DNA of 64,000 nt from the human T2T-CHM13v2.0 reference genome, Homo sapiens (GCF_009914755.1 NC_060936.1), one strand, 5' to 3'; positions 15,321-32,926 are shown, numbered from the stretch's first letter. Translations and numbers: made by a program. The notes: a model not told the origin generated them from the sequence alone.

Positions 15321-15679
15321 TAAGTTTTTAAAATTCCTTTGAAATATCTCAATTATCTTTTACAAGATAAGGTTTTACTAACATTGCTATTGATAATTTT
15401 ATTTATCACTGTTTTTGGGTTTTCATAAAGGAATAAGTCAAAGTTTCAAATTATTGATAAATCAAGTTCTTATTTTCAAAAAGGCATTTAATTTCATTTT
15501 ACTTAATGCTATATCCCAAAGTTCAATATATCACCTTTTTTTTTAATGAAGATTTTCACCACAATAGAATTAGTCTCCAACAAGGAAGAACTAAAGACAA
15601 TTCATCTAACTCTTAACTCTCCTTTATGATACCTAAGTTTTATAAGTTTTACTTATGCAAATATTCTCAAGCACATTCC

Positions 15680-16880
15680 AATTAGCTTGTTAAGGTCACC
15701 AATCACCTACTTTGCAAAATCCAGTAATCAATTCTAAATCTTCAAGTGCTTTGAATTCTTGATACCATTTAGCCAACTAATCAGTCCTACCTTCTTGTAA
15801 ATCTTTCCTCAAGTGGTTTTTGGGCAAACATTCCTCAGTCTTCTTAGAATGTCCTTGACCTCTACCTTTCAATCTTCCTAGTTGATTTCTCCTCATCTCC
15901 CCAACTGCCAAGTATTGGCATGCCCCATAGTTCAGTCTTTGGATTTTTATTTTTTCTGTCTCTCTATCTAGTCTATTCCCCAGACAATCTCATTCAGCCT
16001 TATATCTTTAAAAATCATTGGTATTCTGATTCCTAAATTCTTATCTCAAGCCTAAACCCCTCTACTGATGTTCCAGTTCACTTACTCTATTGCCTACTTC
16101 TCTCCCTTTGGATTTCTAACAGGCACCTCAAACTCAAAATGCCTAAAACCTAGTTGTTAATATTCCCTCCTGAACTTGTATTTCCCACAGACTTCCTCAT
16201 CTTAGTAAACGAGAACTCCATCCTTCCACTGGCTCAGGAAAAAAAAAAAAAAAAAAGAATAATCTGACAACTCTCTTACTCTCAGCCCTCACCTACAACT
16301 TACCTGTCAGCTTGACCATCAAAATAAATGCAATACCTGGACACCTCTCGCTTTCTTCATAGTTACCACCCTGATTCAGCACCTCACCACTTCTTAACAC
16401 AATTATTGCAGTATACTGCAGTACCTCCTAATTGATTTTCTTGCTTTTGCTTGTTCCCCTAGTTTTTTTCCCACATAATCTGAGTGATCTCTTTAAAATG
16501 TGGACTGATTATGTCATTACTATGCTCCATATCTGACAGTAGCTTCCAATGTTAGAGTTTAGCCAGATTCAGTACTGTGACTTAAAATGTCCTAAATGTA
16601 GAGGTGGATTCACCATGAACCTAAAAAAAGCTTAAACTTTTGGTCTCTAAAAATTATGTATTCATAATTTTCTATTAAAGAGCACTGCAACTGTTTAATC
16701 TTCAGGATTCCACAACCTGGAGCCACCCATAACTACATGATCTGGCCTCCCACTACCATTATTTCTACTAATTTCTTGCTGATTTCCTACAACCCTCTTT
16801 CCTCCCTCACTGCACTTGTACAGGATAGTCCTGCAACAGTGAGGAAGGTATTCAGTAAATATTTTATGAATAAATGAACA
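15680..16880 (+). mobile_element. L2 remnant interrupted by MER53
   Basis: L2 motifs (ggatttctaacaggcacctcaaactcaaaatgcctaaaacc) and 3' end ggtattcagtaaatattttatgaataaatgaa. Confidence 0.6.
16600..16728. mobile_element. MER53-like hAT MITE
   Basis: Ends agaggtggattcaccatgaa...cttcaggattccacaacctggagccaccc resemble MER53 termini. Confidence 0.55.
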
Positions 16881-19460
16881 AATAAAAAAAAACCCATGCT
16901 GGGGCAAGGTTGACACCTCATCTTACAGAGTTCTTATGTGGAACAAGAACAGGAGTCTCCTCTTAGCAATCAACTTTTTTCTTCACTTATTCAATGTCCA
17001 ACTCCACTCTCATATTCTAACGTGGAGCATGAAAAACTTGTATGCATCTTACCACTGCACTCTTCTGGCTTTCCTTCTCATTTCTTCTCCCGGCACACCT
17101 ACCCCATGGTAAGAAACTTTTCATTTATTCACTCTATGCTATATTTTCTCTTTTCAGCTGAATGCTACACATTGATTCCTTCAGAGTTAGTACTCAATAT
17201 ACAAAAGAGAGAGATAACGAATTCAGAAATTTATCTTATTTGCTGTTGTACAATCAGATTTTGAAAGTTACAACCTTAATATCACCTTGGTCTTTCTACC
17301 TGCAGCCTCTCCACCTCCCAAATAAAAAATCTGAAGAGTGGTCATCAAATAATCCCAATTTGCTAGAATATACACAAAATTATTAAATGCCATGGCAAAA
17401 AAGAAATGATTTAACAAAAAACTGGGCAGTTTTGCACTATTTCTAGTTCTTGTTCTTTTACCACAGCCTGTATTATATTTGCTAATACCTCAGTTAAAAT
17501 TTTTTTAAATGTGAAAAAATAAATTAGGCACAAAAAAGGCTTCTTTTGGAGGATGTAGGTGAAGAGAGAGGTAAAAGAGAGAGAATGGCTTCAGGCTTAA
17601 CTGTATTGAATCTAAGATATCACTGGTACATCCAAGAAAACATGCACATCAGGCAGTTTATAGACCTGAGTTTTAATCTAAAAACAAGCGCTTAAGTTAA
17701 AGTTTTAACATCATGTATCATTTAAATTTGTAGTTAAAATTAAGAAAGTAGAAAAAAATACATAATCTAAATTAAAACATAGTCTAAAATGGTGGTCCAG
17801 GAAGAGCACTTTAAAAAATGCTTAACTTAGGAGATGGGAAACCAGTAACAACCAAGAAGGGAAGTGGGAGGAAAGAAAGAAAGAAAAGAAGCAAAGTTAA
17901 AAGCAAAGTGTGCCAGTTAAGCCAAAGACATAAGAAAATTCAGTTAGGATAAGCTGATGGATAGTGTGACATGTTCCTCAAAACTGTAACAGTAAGACCA
18001 AGAAAGATTAATGCTTTTAGCAAGTAGAAGGTCATAAGTGATCTTTGAAAGAGTAGTTCCAGTAAACATGTTGGAAAGGAGAATATCTCTATAGTCATCT
18101 CTACATAGATTTAGAAGCTTAAGCTGACTCTTTAAAACACCATTAACAAGTTATAGTACACAATAATGGGCATGGTCGTGGCCATATTTATAATCCTCTG
18201 TCCCTACATTAATTAATGGCACCTTCTTCTCTGCTCACACATTTATAAAATGTTATAAATAGTAGGGGCTTCAGAAATCAAGTAAGAGATTGCAAATGAA
18301 ATTCAGCTCTCATGTTTCTTTTTGTTTTTTTCCACTTTAAAAAAAGAATCTAGATTTTCATCTTCTTCGTAAAGTACAAAAGATCTGGTAATACTGGTCT
18401 CACATTCCCAAAGCATCTTTTGCAAGAAGCATGTATATTCCAGTGGCCAATGGACAGCTCAGTTCCTTCATGATACCTCACCTTACTCCTTTCTGGTAAA
18501 TGCCTGATCCCTTTAGCTGTAAGGTTAAAAAGTTAATAAGTTAAAAACTCGTAAGCTTGCCAATTAGTTGAATAGGAAACTGATTAAATTCATTAGCTAT
18601 TCATTATCTACTTTTGGTAAGACCTAGAGAAGTTTAGGTCTCAAAGCCAGTTAGCAGCGCAGCCAGAACTCGCTTACTGAGCAAACTCTGGCCTCTGCTG
18701 AAACTAAAAACCCTGGACTTCCTCCAGACCAATGCTGATTAAATTATTACATTTAAAGGAATGGGAAATAATCTGTACATAATTTTATTTAAAAGGCAGT
18801 TCTCATGTATTCGCAAAAATATTTTCCAAATAGATTACTCACAAAAAAAATATAAACGTCTCTTCAAAGTTGAGAAAAATGTTTTCAGGAAATTCTCTTC
18901 AATTTACTTCTTTATGTGCACTTTTCCTTGTTTGACACTTAAATCCTTTGTTGATAAGATGGCTTTTTTCTTTAATTCAGTCTCCCCACCTTCGGCCTCT
19001 TATCATTCAAAGCCAAAATTACATATTTTTTTAGAAGCTGCCACAGCAACTAATACAAATATTTTTTAAAGCAAATTATATAATATCTGTTTTAAAACAT
19101 TTTTGATAATATCTCTGCTTTAAATTTTTTTTTGTTTCCCCAATGCCTATGGGGTAAGCAACAAAATCCTTAAAGTTCTTTCATAACTGGTCTCTGTGCG
19201 CCTTGCCTGCCTCCCCAGACTACACACACACCCGCACCTTACTCTCCTGATATAGTAAATGGGTTACTCTTTTCCACACACATCAGGACTTAGAAGATAC
19301 AAATGTCACATTCCCTCTTGGCTGGAGAGCCCTGTTCTAACCAATCTTTATACGTTCTGTAACATTAGGTACTCAAAGACTATAAGAATAAATAAATTTA
19401 GAAAATTTCTAGGAAAAACAGAGAAATTTAAAGCTGGCTGACATCATCTTAATACCCAGC

Positions 19461-19833
19461 TGTATTAGTTCGTTCTCACGCTGCTATGAAGAAATACCTG
19501 AGGCTGGGTAATTTATAAAGGAAAGAGGTTTAATTGACTCAGTGCACCATGGCTGGGGAGGCCTCAGGAAACTTACAATCATGGCAGAAGGTGAAGTGAG
19601 GAAGCAAGGCACGTTAATCACAAGGCGGCAGGAAGAAGTGCAAACAGGAAATGCCAGACACTTAGAAAACCATCAGTTCTCATGAGACCCACTCATTATC
19701 ATGAGAACAGCATAAGGGAAGCCACTTCCATGATCCAATTACCCCCACCTGGTCCCACCCTTGACACATAGGGATTATGGGGATTACAGTCCAAGGTGAG
19801 ATTTGGGTGGGGACACAGAGCCAAAGCATATCA
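19461..19833 (-). mobile_element. THE1D-like solo LTR (ERVL-MaLR)
   Basis: tgtattagttcgttctcacgctgc...gggacacagagccaaagcatatca with TG...CA ends. 5-bp TSD ccagc/ccatc. Confidence 0.88.
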
Positions 19834-22800
19834 CCATCTAAAGACATTTCATTTTCACTTCCATCCAGTCATCTGTTTATTGCTCTACAAATCCTTTGCA
19901 TCCTAACCCATGACACTGAGATGAGAGGGACAGAGTGGGTGACAGAGGAAGTGGAGCGAAACTAATGAGGTCTCCTGAGGAACACAGACTGGTTGTGATC
20001 TGCCCTTAGAGACAAGCCATAGCAGAACTACACTTCACAGAATTCAGAGGCTTTGTTTCATTCCTGTGAATCTTTTTAGGGTCCTTCCTCACTTGGGTTT
20101 CTTTATTTTGTATAGTTTTGTTTGATGGTGGTGTTTGTGGGGGTTTTTGTTGGTGTTTGTTCATCTCATGGGTTTTTAATTGCTTGCTTTACCATTTCCA
20201 CAGGATTTTATTTAGAATATATCTGATATCCATTTGAGAGCCTGACATCCACAGTGGCTAGGTTTACCAAACGTAAGTTGGATGACCTTGAGGCACACAG
20301 TGAACTTTGACCTTGGAAACAATTTAATTCAAGGCTGAAACCACCATGAATTGTAATATTTTAGGATCATAATGAATTAAAACTATCAACAGAAATACTG
20401 TATCAGAAAAAGATATCACTTTTCCTTTTCCATTTAATCACTTCATCTTATGTGCTAAATCTGTAGGCCCACCTATTTAAAGGATTCTCTGGGGAACCTC
20501 CTGAAGGTTCATCCATTAGAATATATAAGACCTTTGGTCCCCAAAATGTGCAAGGGGGAGAGACTGCCTCCAGGAAATACACCCCCACCAGGAAACCTGG
20601 GAATCCAGGTCACAGGGCAAGGCCTTAACCATATCCAGAGCTGGAACTGATTTAAGGAAAGGAATATAAAAGTAGGAGAGGGAGTGGTAAGAGTCTTGCA
20701 TGCATTCCCAGTCTCCGTGCAGAACGGCGGAAGCCATTCCTTATTTTGTCTCACAGGGGACCTCATGGAAGTTCTGCCAATTAACTCAGGCAGTGGTCAT
20801 AAGTTGAAAAAAGCTCCCAAATGAATTTTGTGATATAACCTCAAGTGGGGAAGAACTCCCTTGGCCAGAACCAGGTGGGGGTGGGGGGCAAGTGGAAAGA
20901 GTGCAGGAGTTGGGTACCCCAGCTGTGCAGGCAACCTGGGAGGGATGTGGCTTGAAAGCTGCTGTTGGGTTCTGAGCTTAGATGGCCTAAAATTTAGCTT
21001 GCTGCTGCTAGCAGAAAAATTGTGACTTTGAGATCTACCTTGCCAAGTGCACAGGAGCTGGGTGGGGCTTACTGCTGCCTGTTACTCCCTACTCCCTGGG
21101 TGAATACTTCTGTGCAGTAGAGGAAGCTATGCTCTCCTCTAGAACATGAGACCATCTCCCCAGTGACCAGAGACCTACCCCTTGACCCACAGAGGGGTTG
21201 TTCCTTGCCGCACACTCAGAGAGTCAGAGCAAGGACTTGCCTGACCCAGCCCCCAGCTGGCTTTGTCCATGCCCCAGCACCCCCCTCCCCCCAACCACCC
21301 TGGTAGCTTAACACAAAGGACAGACACTTTGGGGGAGCTTTATGGCCCCATACATCACCCAAGAAACCAGAGTACCTCCCCTGGGTAACATAAGGCAAGC
21401 ACAAATCCCACCACTGCTACTGTAGCTGGTGCTCTTCTTCAAGCACCACCTCCTGGCTAGAGGCCAATTGACACAGTCCATTACGGCATCTCCAAGTAAA
21501 CATTGTGCCCAGGAAGGAGTTAACTTACACATGACTGCAGCAATCACAATATTCTGCATTACCTTGGCTAATCAGGAGGTCCTGAGCCTGTCCAAACAGT
21601 CCAGTAATTAATGGGATCAGTTCATTACTACCACAACTGGCTTTTGAGCAAGTCAACACATTGAGGCTATCGACAACCAAGGAATCTCACAATCTATGTC
21701 ACTCCCTCGCCACTCCCATCAGAGCTGGCGCTGGTACCCACTGCAGGGAGACTTGAGGACAGGTCACATAATTGGATTCACTGCAGATGTTCCCCAGCAC
21801 TAGCCTAGAGTGTGGCAGCCCCACTGGCAGCTGGACTCAAAGGTGCAACGGCATTCCCAGTAATCTGATTCTCAGGGATTCCTACTCCTAGGGGAAGAGG
21901 GAATGCACCACATCAAGGGAACACCCTATGGGACAAAAGAACCCAGATGGCAGGTCTTGAGTTCCAGACCTTTCTGCTGGTGGCAAGTTTATATCAGCAG
22001 AGGCACGGTTGCAGTATTGGGCTCAGCAGGGAAAGTCTGCAGCTCTACCCCAACTCAGGTAGCCCTAGTGCTTGTGAAAGGTCTTGAAGACAGAGATTTT
22101 TTTTCTCCCTCATCCACCACTGCAGACACAACTGAGGCTTTTCCCATAGGAGTTTGGCATGAGTACACCTACAACCAGCCTTTCTGGAACTCTTCAGGGT
22201 GACTGCATCCCCACAAGAAGAATACTCCCCAGGTGCAGGTTTGCAAGGGAGGTACAGTCCAGATTCCTCTCTACTTGGAACATCGGTATCCCTGCAGATT
22301 AAAACAGCTGCCTGCCTAATCTGAACAACTGAAATACTGGGTCAGGATTGTGTCTGGGAAGTGGATAGCTTTCCTGCTGACCTGTCAGGGGAGCTGAAGT
22401 GGCTCTGGCCTTTCTGCCTGATAAAACTTCAGTGCATTTCACTGAGAGCTTCCCCAGCCACATCTGTCAAGGATGGGCCCTCTGCCCACCAATGGATATT
22501 GCATTTACTCACCTACTTTAGCCACAGCCAGTTTTTCCCTATGGGCCCTTCCCCTACTGGCCTGAATATTCAACCTAGTAAATAAAATTCTAGGAAAAAA
22601 TAAAGTACACACCATGGGGGAATGAGATAAGCTTCAAGAGACTGCTGCCATTCCAACCCTACAGGACACAGTGAACTTGTTCAAACACTGAGCACATTGC
22701 TACAACCAGCATCTGAGAAAGCTATCGCTCTCTATAATCAAGGAACTCATACAGTCTTCACCCCTGAAAGCAACGAGAGCCTAATTACACTACAGTAAAC

Positions 22801-24672
22801 TGTAAACATTAAAGTCACACCCTTAAGATGGAAAAAAAGAAATTAAAAAACACAAATCAAAAATAAATTCAAGAATAATTAGAAGAAATATTCTACCCAA
22901 ATGAGAAGGAACCAGAAAAATAATTCTGGTAATATGACAAAACAAGGCTCTATAAAACATGCAAAAGAACACACTAACGGTCCAGCAATGGATCCAGATC
23001 AAGATGAAATCTTTGAAATGCCAGATAAAGAATTCAAAATGTTAACTATTTAGTTACTCAAGAAGAAGAAGAAAGGTGAAAAGTAAAAACTAACATAAAG
23101 AAATTTAAAAAACAATTCAGAGCATGAATGGAAAAAATTTTAAAGAGATAGATATCAAAGAAAAATCAATCAGAACTTCTAGAAATGAAAGATATACTTA
23201 GGGAAATACAAAATGCAGTGGAAACTTTCAACAGCAGACTAGAACAATTACAATGAAGCATTTCAGAGCTCAGAGACAAGGCTTTCAAATTAATCTAATC
23301 AGACAAAAATGAAGCAAAAAATAATTAAGAGAAATGAACACAGCTTCTAAGATTATGTAAAACAATCCAAGTCTGGGATTAGGTAAAATAGCCAAACCTA
23401 AGAATAAATGGTGTTTATGAGTGGGAAGAGAAAGCAAAAACTTTTGAAATTTTGTTTAAGAAAATAATTGAGGAAAACTTCCCAGGCCTTACTAGAGATT
23501 TAGATGTCAAAATACAAGAAGCTCAAAGCACTCCTGGGAGACTTATTGCAAAAAGGTCATCATCAGTGCATATAGTCATCAGGCTGTCTAAAGTAAACAT
23601 AAAAGAAAGAATTCTAAGAGCTATGAGACAAAAGCATCTGGGAACCTATAAAGGAAATCCTATCAGACTAACAGTAGACTTCTCAGCAGAAACCTTGCAA
23701 GCAAGAAGGGATTTTGGGTTTTAGCTTTAGCCTCCTTAGACAGGACAACTGTCAGTTAACAATTTTGTATCCAACAATAAATTTCATAAATGAAGAGGAA
23801 ATAAAATCATTTTCAGACAAACAAATGCTGAAGGAATTTGTTACTACCAGACCATCCCTATAAGAAATGCTGAAAGGAGTTCTAAATCTTGAAACAAAAG
23901 CTTAATATGCACCAAAATAGAATCTCTTGAAAGCATAATACAGGGCCTATGAAACAATTACACAACGAAAAAAGTATCTAGGTAACAATTAACATGATGA
24001 ATGGAACAGTATCTCACATCTCAATATTATGACTGAAAGTAAATGGCCTACATTCTCCACTTAAAAGATACAGATGGGCAGAATGGATTTTTAAAAATCA
24101 CAAACCAAATATCTACTGTCTTCAAGAGACTCACCTAACACAAGGATTCATATAAACTCAAGGTAAAGAGGTGGAAAAATACATTGAATGCAAATGGAAA
24201 CCAAAAGTGAGCAGTAGTCAGTCTTATATCAGATAAAACAGACTTTAAAGCAGCAACAGTATAAAAAGAAAAAAAGTCAAAGAAGGTAATTATATAATGA
24301 TAAAAGGATCAATCTAACAAGAAGAAATTACAACCGTAAATTAAATGCACCTAACACTGGAGCTCCCAGACTCATAAAACAATTACTACTAGACCTGAGA
24401 AATGAGATAGACAGCAACGTAATAATAATGGGGGAATTCAATACTCCACTGACAGCACTAGACAAATCATCAAGACAGCAAGGCAACATAGAAACACTAG
24501 GCTTAACGTACACTCTAGAACAAAGGAACGTAAGATATATGTACAGAATATTCTACCCCAAAACTGCAGAATACACATTCTTCTCATCAGCACATGGAAC
24601 ATTTTCTAAGATAGACCATATGGTAGGCCACAAAACAAATCTCAATACATTTTTAAAAATAGGAATGATATC

Positions 24673-25037
<365 letters not shown>

Positions 25038-26845
25038 CTAAACTACACAAATACATGGAAATTAAACAATCTGCTCCTGAATGATTTTTAGGTTAACAAT
25101 GAAATCAAGATGGAAATTCATAAACTATTTAAAATGAATGATAATAGTGACACAAGTTATCAAAATCTTTGGGACAGGGCAAAAGTAGTGCTAAGAGGAA
25201 TGTTTATTGCACTAAATTTGTACATCAAAAAGTCTGAGAGATCACAAGTTAACAATCTAATATACACCTCAAGGAACTAGAGAAATAAGAACAAACTAAA
25301 TCCAAAGCTAGTAGAAGAAAATAAATAACAAAGTTCAGAGCAAAACCGAATGAAATTGAAACCACAAAAACAATACAAAAAAAAATCAATGAAACAAAAA
25401 CCTGGTTCTTTGAAAAGATAAACAAAATTAATAGACCATTAGTGAGATTATCCAAGAAAAGAAGAGAGAAGAATCAAATAAGCTCAATTAGAAATGAAAC
25501 TAAGGACATTACAACTGATGCCACAGAAATACAAAGATCATTCAATATTACTATGAATACCTGTATGCACACAAACTAGAAAGCCCAGAGAAAACAGATA
25601 AATTCCTGGAACCATACAACCATCGTAGAGTAAATCAGGAAGAAATAGAAACCCTACACAGACCAATAACATGCAGTAAAACTGAATCAGTAATTTTAAC
25701 AATTGCAAACAACGACAAGCCCAGGGCCAGATAGATTCACAGTTGAATTCTACCACACATCTATTCACAGAAGAATTGGTACCAATCCTAATAAAACAAT
25801 TTCAAAAATTGAGAAACAGGGAATCCTCCATAAATATCCTATGAAGTCAGCATCACTCTGATACCAAAACCAGGAAATGACATAACAAAAAAAGAAAACA
25901 CAGACCAATATCCCTGATAAAAATGAAACAAAAATCCTCAACAAAGTACTGGCTAACCAAATCCAAAAAGACATCAAAAAGATAATACACCATAATCAAG
26001 AGTGTTTCATCCAAGGATCCAGGGATGGTTTAACATACACAAGTCAATAAAGGTAATATATCACATAAACAGAATTAGAAACAAAAACCATATGATCTCA
26101 ACAGATGTAGAAAAAGCACTTGAAAAAAATCCAGCATCCCTTTATGCTAAAATCCCTCAACAAACTAGGCATAGAAGGAACATACCTCAAAATAATAAAA
26201 GCCATATTTAACACACTTACAGCAAACATCACACTGAATGGGGAAAAGTTGAAAGCATTCCCCCTGAGAACTGGAACAAGGCAAGGATGCCCACTTTTAC
26301 CACTTCTACTCAATATAATACTGGAAATCCTAGGCAGAACAATCAGGAAAGAGAAAGAAATAAAGGGCATCCAAATTGGAAAAGAGGAAGTCCAACTATC
26401 TCTGTTTACCAATGATATGATTGTATACCTAGAAAAGACTAAACAGTACTCCAAAAGACTCCTAGATTTAATAAACAAATTCAGTAAAGTCTCAGGTTAT
26501 AAAATCAACATAAACAAACCAGTAGCACTGCTATACACCAAAAACAATCAAGCTGAGAGCCAAATCAAGAACTCAATCCCTTTTACAATAGCTGCAAAAA
26601 ATAAAATAAAATACTTAGAAATACACTTAACCAAGGAGGTGAAAGATCTCAACAAGAACTACAAAACACTGCTGAAAGAAAGCATAAATGAATAACAAAC
26701 AAACAGAAATACATCCCATGCTCATGGATTGGAAAATATCCTGAAAAATGACCACATTGCCAAAAATTCATTTTCAAAGAATTAGGAAAAAAATCCTAAA
26801 ATTCATATGGAACTAAAAAGGAGACCAACAGCCAAGGCAATCCTA

Positions 26846-26848
<3 letters not shown>

Positions 26849-26880
<32 letters not shown>
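26849..26880. repeat. A32 homopolymer inside L1PB ORF2
   Basis: Pure A-run at an A-rich ORF2 position (ctaagc-A32-cacaaatcc). Confidence 0.95.
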
Positions 26881-26881
<1 letters not shown>

Positions 26882-29800
26882 ACAAATCCGGAGGCAATAT
26901 ATACCCAACTTCCAATTATACTACAAGGCTATAGTAACCAAAACAGTATGGTACTGGCATAAAAGTAGGCACATAGACCAATGGAACAGAATAGAGAACC
27001 TACAAATAAAGCCAAATACTTACAACTAACTGATCTTTGACAAAGCATACTACATAAATTGGAAAACGGGTGCCCTGTTTAATAAATAGTGGGAGAGTTA
27101 GATAGTCACCTGTAGAAGAATGAAAATGGATCCCTATCTCTCCCCTTGTACAAAAATCAACTCAAGATGGATTAAAGTCTTAAATCTAAGACCTGAAACC
27201 ATAAAAATCCTAGAAGAAACCCTAGGGAAAACTCTTCTGGACATTGGCCTAGGCAAAGAATTTATGACTAAGACCCAAAAAGCAAACACGACAAAAACAA
27301 AAATAAATGGAACTTGAATAATCCAAAAGCTTCTGCACAGCAAAAGAAATAATCATCAGAGTAAACAGACAGCCCAGAGAATTGGAGAATATATTTGCAA
27401 ACTATGCATCTGACAAAAGACTGGTATCCAAAATCTACAAGAAACTAAAATAAATCAGCAAGAAAAAAAGCAAATAATTCCATTAAAAAGTGGGCAAAGT
27501 CCATGAATAGACAGTTCTCAAAAGAAGATATACAAATGGCCAAACATATGAAAAAGTGCTCAACATCACTAATCATCAGGAAAATGCAAATTAAAACCAC
27601 ATTGGGATACTACCTTGCTCCTGTAAGAATGGCCATTATTAAAAAGTCAAAAAACAATAGATATTGGCATGGATGTAGTGAAAGGGGAATGCTGATACAC
27701 TTCTGATGGGAATATAAATTAGTACAACCTCCATGGAAACCTGTATGGAGATTCCTTAAAGAACTAAAAGTAGATCCACCGATTGATCCAGCTAATATGA
27801 TGACTGGGCATCTACCCAATGGAAAAGAAATCATTATATGAAAGAGACACATGCACACATATGTTTATTGCAGTCAAATTCACAGTTGCAAAGATATGAA
27901 ACCAACCTACGTGCCTGCTAACCAACAAGTGGATAAAGAAAATGTGGTACATATACACCATGGAATACTACTCAGCCACAAAAAGGCATGAAATAATGTC
28001 CTTTGCAGCAAGTTGGATGGAGCTGGGGGCCATCATTCTAAGGGAAGTAATTTCAGGAATGAAAAACCAAATACCATACGTTCTCACTTATAAGTGGGAG
28101 CTACGCTATGAGTATGCAAAGGCATACCGAATGATATAATGGACTTTGGAGACTCAGAAGCGGGAGGGTAGGAGGGGGGTGCGGAATAAAAATCTACATA
28201 TGAGGTGCAAGGTACACTACTTGGGTGACAAGTGCACTAAAATATCAGAATTCACCACTATATAATTCATCTATGTAACCAAAAACCACTAGTACTCCAA
28301 AAGCTATTAAAACTTTTAAGAAGAATATATAAAACCTTCAAGTATTTCTAAACAACATGTGAACTGAGGGAGGAAAAAAATACCTTAGATAATTTTAATT
28401 GCATTTGCAATGCTCCACTTTTACTAAAATATGAGTATTTGTTAGCTAATTTTTAGGTCATTAATTAATTGCCTTTATTAGTGATTAAAAATGTGTATGC
28501 TGATTGTACCTAAAATTGGAGGCAATTTAAGACTTGAAAAGGATACTACCTTTTACATTTTGTTAGATAAATATTGTAGAAAAAATGTATTTTATGATTA
28601 AAAGAAAATGAAATTACGTAGCTTTCTATTTGCTTTTTATTTGTAGCTTTCTAGTAAATCTTTAGTATAAAACTGTTTAACAAAAAAAAAGCCTAGCTTT
28701 CCTTGAATTATATTCTTGCTTGTGAATGCAAAACCTTCCAAATTATTTGAAACATTTATGTATTCAGAATATTACTTTGTGGTTTTCTTCTTAAGAAGCT
28801 AAACAATTCATTAAACAAGCTGCTCTTGAATAGTAGATCAGAACAAGCATAAGCTGCCTTCTGTAGAATTCTATTGTGGAACTGTACCCATTTGTGTTTT
28901 CTTTGAAGCCATAAAAATGAAACCCTTATGCTCATATTAAAAGCATAAGAAAGGCATCTATTATGTCAATAGATTTAAAACACGGCCTTAGACACAGTGA
29001 GAACCACTCTAAAGGTTAAGAAGTTCATTCCCAAGGAAAACCATCAAAGGCCTACATATCATTATATCTCAAAACAGATGGCATCACAGTGTTTGGAACT
29101 ATAGTTTACGGACACCTACGATCTCAAATAAATCCTTGCTAATCCCACCCTTTTGTCTAGATTTTGTACTTTGATGGTAACTGCAGGTGCCTTTTCTCCA
29201 TCATATCGTTGCATGTCATTCTATGAATCATGAAGATACATGTACCTTATATGGACACAACTCTTAATAAATACAACTTTTATACAATATGTAAGTATTT
29301 TACCAGCCACAGATATACTCTTTGTAGAAATCTATGCTTCTTAGATTCTAATCTATTATAAATCTTCAGTAGTCTAAATTTTATAGAAAAAAATGATGAA
29401 AATATACCTCTCTCATAGATTGGTGAAACTATAATATTGATTTAAAAATCACTTTGTAAAACAATGTGGAATTATCTAGTATCTAGGTATATATCCTGGA
29501 GAAACTCTCAAAAACAGGAGATGGGGACAAGAATATTTACAGCAGCATTGCCTCTAACACCAAAAAACTGCAAACAGCCCAAAAGATCAACAGGAAAATT
29601 GATATATGAACTGTGTTACCCTCAAACAATGAAATGTTGTACAACAATGAAAATAAATGAACTGTTCCTACATGCACCAAAATAGATGAACCCCAGAAAC
29701 AATACTAAGCAAAAAAGATAAATCACAGAAAACTATATAAAATATGTTTCCAATTTATATAAAGTTAAAACCATGCAAAATTGAGCAATGTGTTTTTACT

Positions 29801-30049
29801 GTTACTTAGGTTCAGGAATTTTTTTTTCATCTAAAATCCTGCTGAAAAAAATTAAATAATACTAATGTGACTAACAGATTAAAGTAAAATTTTTCTATGA
29901 TTATTTGCTACCAATCTCATATACTGAAAAACTTTTGGGATTCAAATTTAGCTTATTACAAAAAAAGTTATCTACAGACAGAAAAATCTCTCATGCATCC
30001 ATACAGGTGAAAAGATTGTTTAAAAGATCATGTCCTTCAATATTTAAGA

Positions 30050-30450
30050 AATATCATATGACCTTATTTATATGTGGAATCTAAAAGAGTTGAACTCATA
30101 GATGTAAAGAGTGGAATGGTGGTTACCAGAGGCTACAGTTGCAGGGGGGAAGGAAAGATGTTGTTCAAAGGGCATAAAATTTCAGTTACATACAAGGAAT
30201 AGGCTACTGTACTGTACATGGTGACTATAGTTAATAACAATGCAGTGTATTCTTGAAAACTGCTAAGAGTAGATTTTAAGTGTTCTCACCACAAAAAAAA
30301 GAAAAATAAGTACATGAGCTAATGCATTTGTTAATTAGTTTGATTAAGCCATTCCACAATGTATGCATACTTCAAAGCAACATGTCATACATGCTAAACA
30401 TACACAATTTTTATTTCTGAATTTAAAAAATTAATTAAAAATAAATAAAA
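30050..30450 (+). mobile_element. L1MA 3'UTR fragment
   Basis: L1MA 3' end with A-rich tail, ending about 90 nt from the exon 3 donor. Confidence 0.7.
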
Positions 30451-30541
30451 TATTGAAGGGAAATATATAAATTATAACCTATAAAAAAAGATTTAAATAG
30501 TATCACTATTTAGCTGAAAAGAGTTCTATTTCACAGTTTAC

Positions 30542-30701
30542 CTGACACACTGCAATACTTCAGAGTCTGCAGAAAAGAGTTATTTAAGTCTTGTCTGTAT
30601 ATAAGATGTGGCTTGTTGTGACCATCTTCATATTCATTCCCATCTGCCTTCATTATAGGTTCTAAGAAATATTCACCGTTCTGTCCTTTAAATGTTCCCG
30701 T
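30542..30701 (-). CDS. ADAMTS20: ADAMTS20 coding exon 3 (prodomain, 160 nt)
   Basis: Acceptor ttttcag|ACG and donor TCAG|GTAAAC. Encodes TGTFKGQNGEYFLEPIMKADGNEYEDGHNKPHLIYRQDLNNSFLQTLKYCSVS, in frame after exon 2 (SLCGGL-TGTF). Confidence 0.96.
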
Positions 30702-31049
30702 CTGAAAATAAAGGAAACAAAAATGAATTTTTCCTAACAGTCGCCAAGAAGAAAAAACACATAGTACCACAGGTTAAATGAGCAGACAGAAGCAAAACAG
30801 CAAGGAGTCTGTTCACTAAGAGCCATCAACTGAGTATAAAAAGTTTCCCTTCCCTGGGTCACTTTTCTCTCTCCACTCCTATACATAAAGTCATGAAGAC
30901 TGGATAGTGTTCCAACAGGCCAAGCTAAGTGACGGGCATTCCAGGTGCAAAGAACAGCATAGATAAAAGCATCAAAATGGAAAAAGTGTTTAGAATAGTC
31001 TATAAATAATAAAGCCTGTGCTTTTGATCTGTGGGAAAATAGATACTTT

Positions 31050-32926
<1,877 letters not shown>

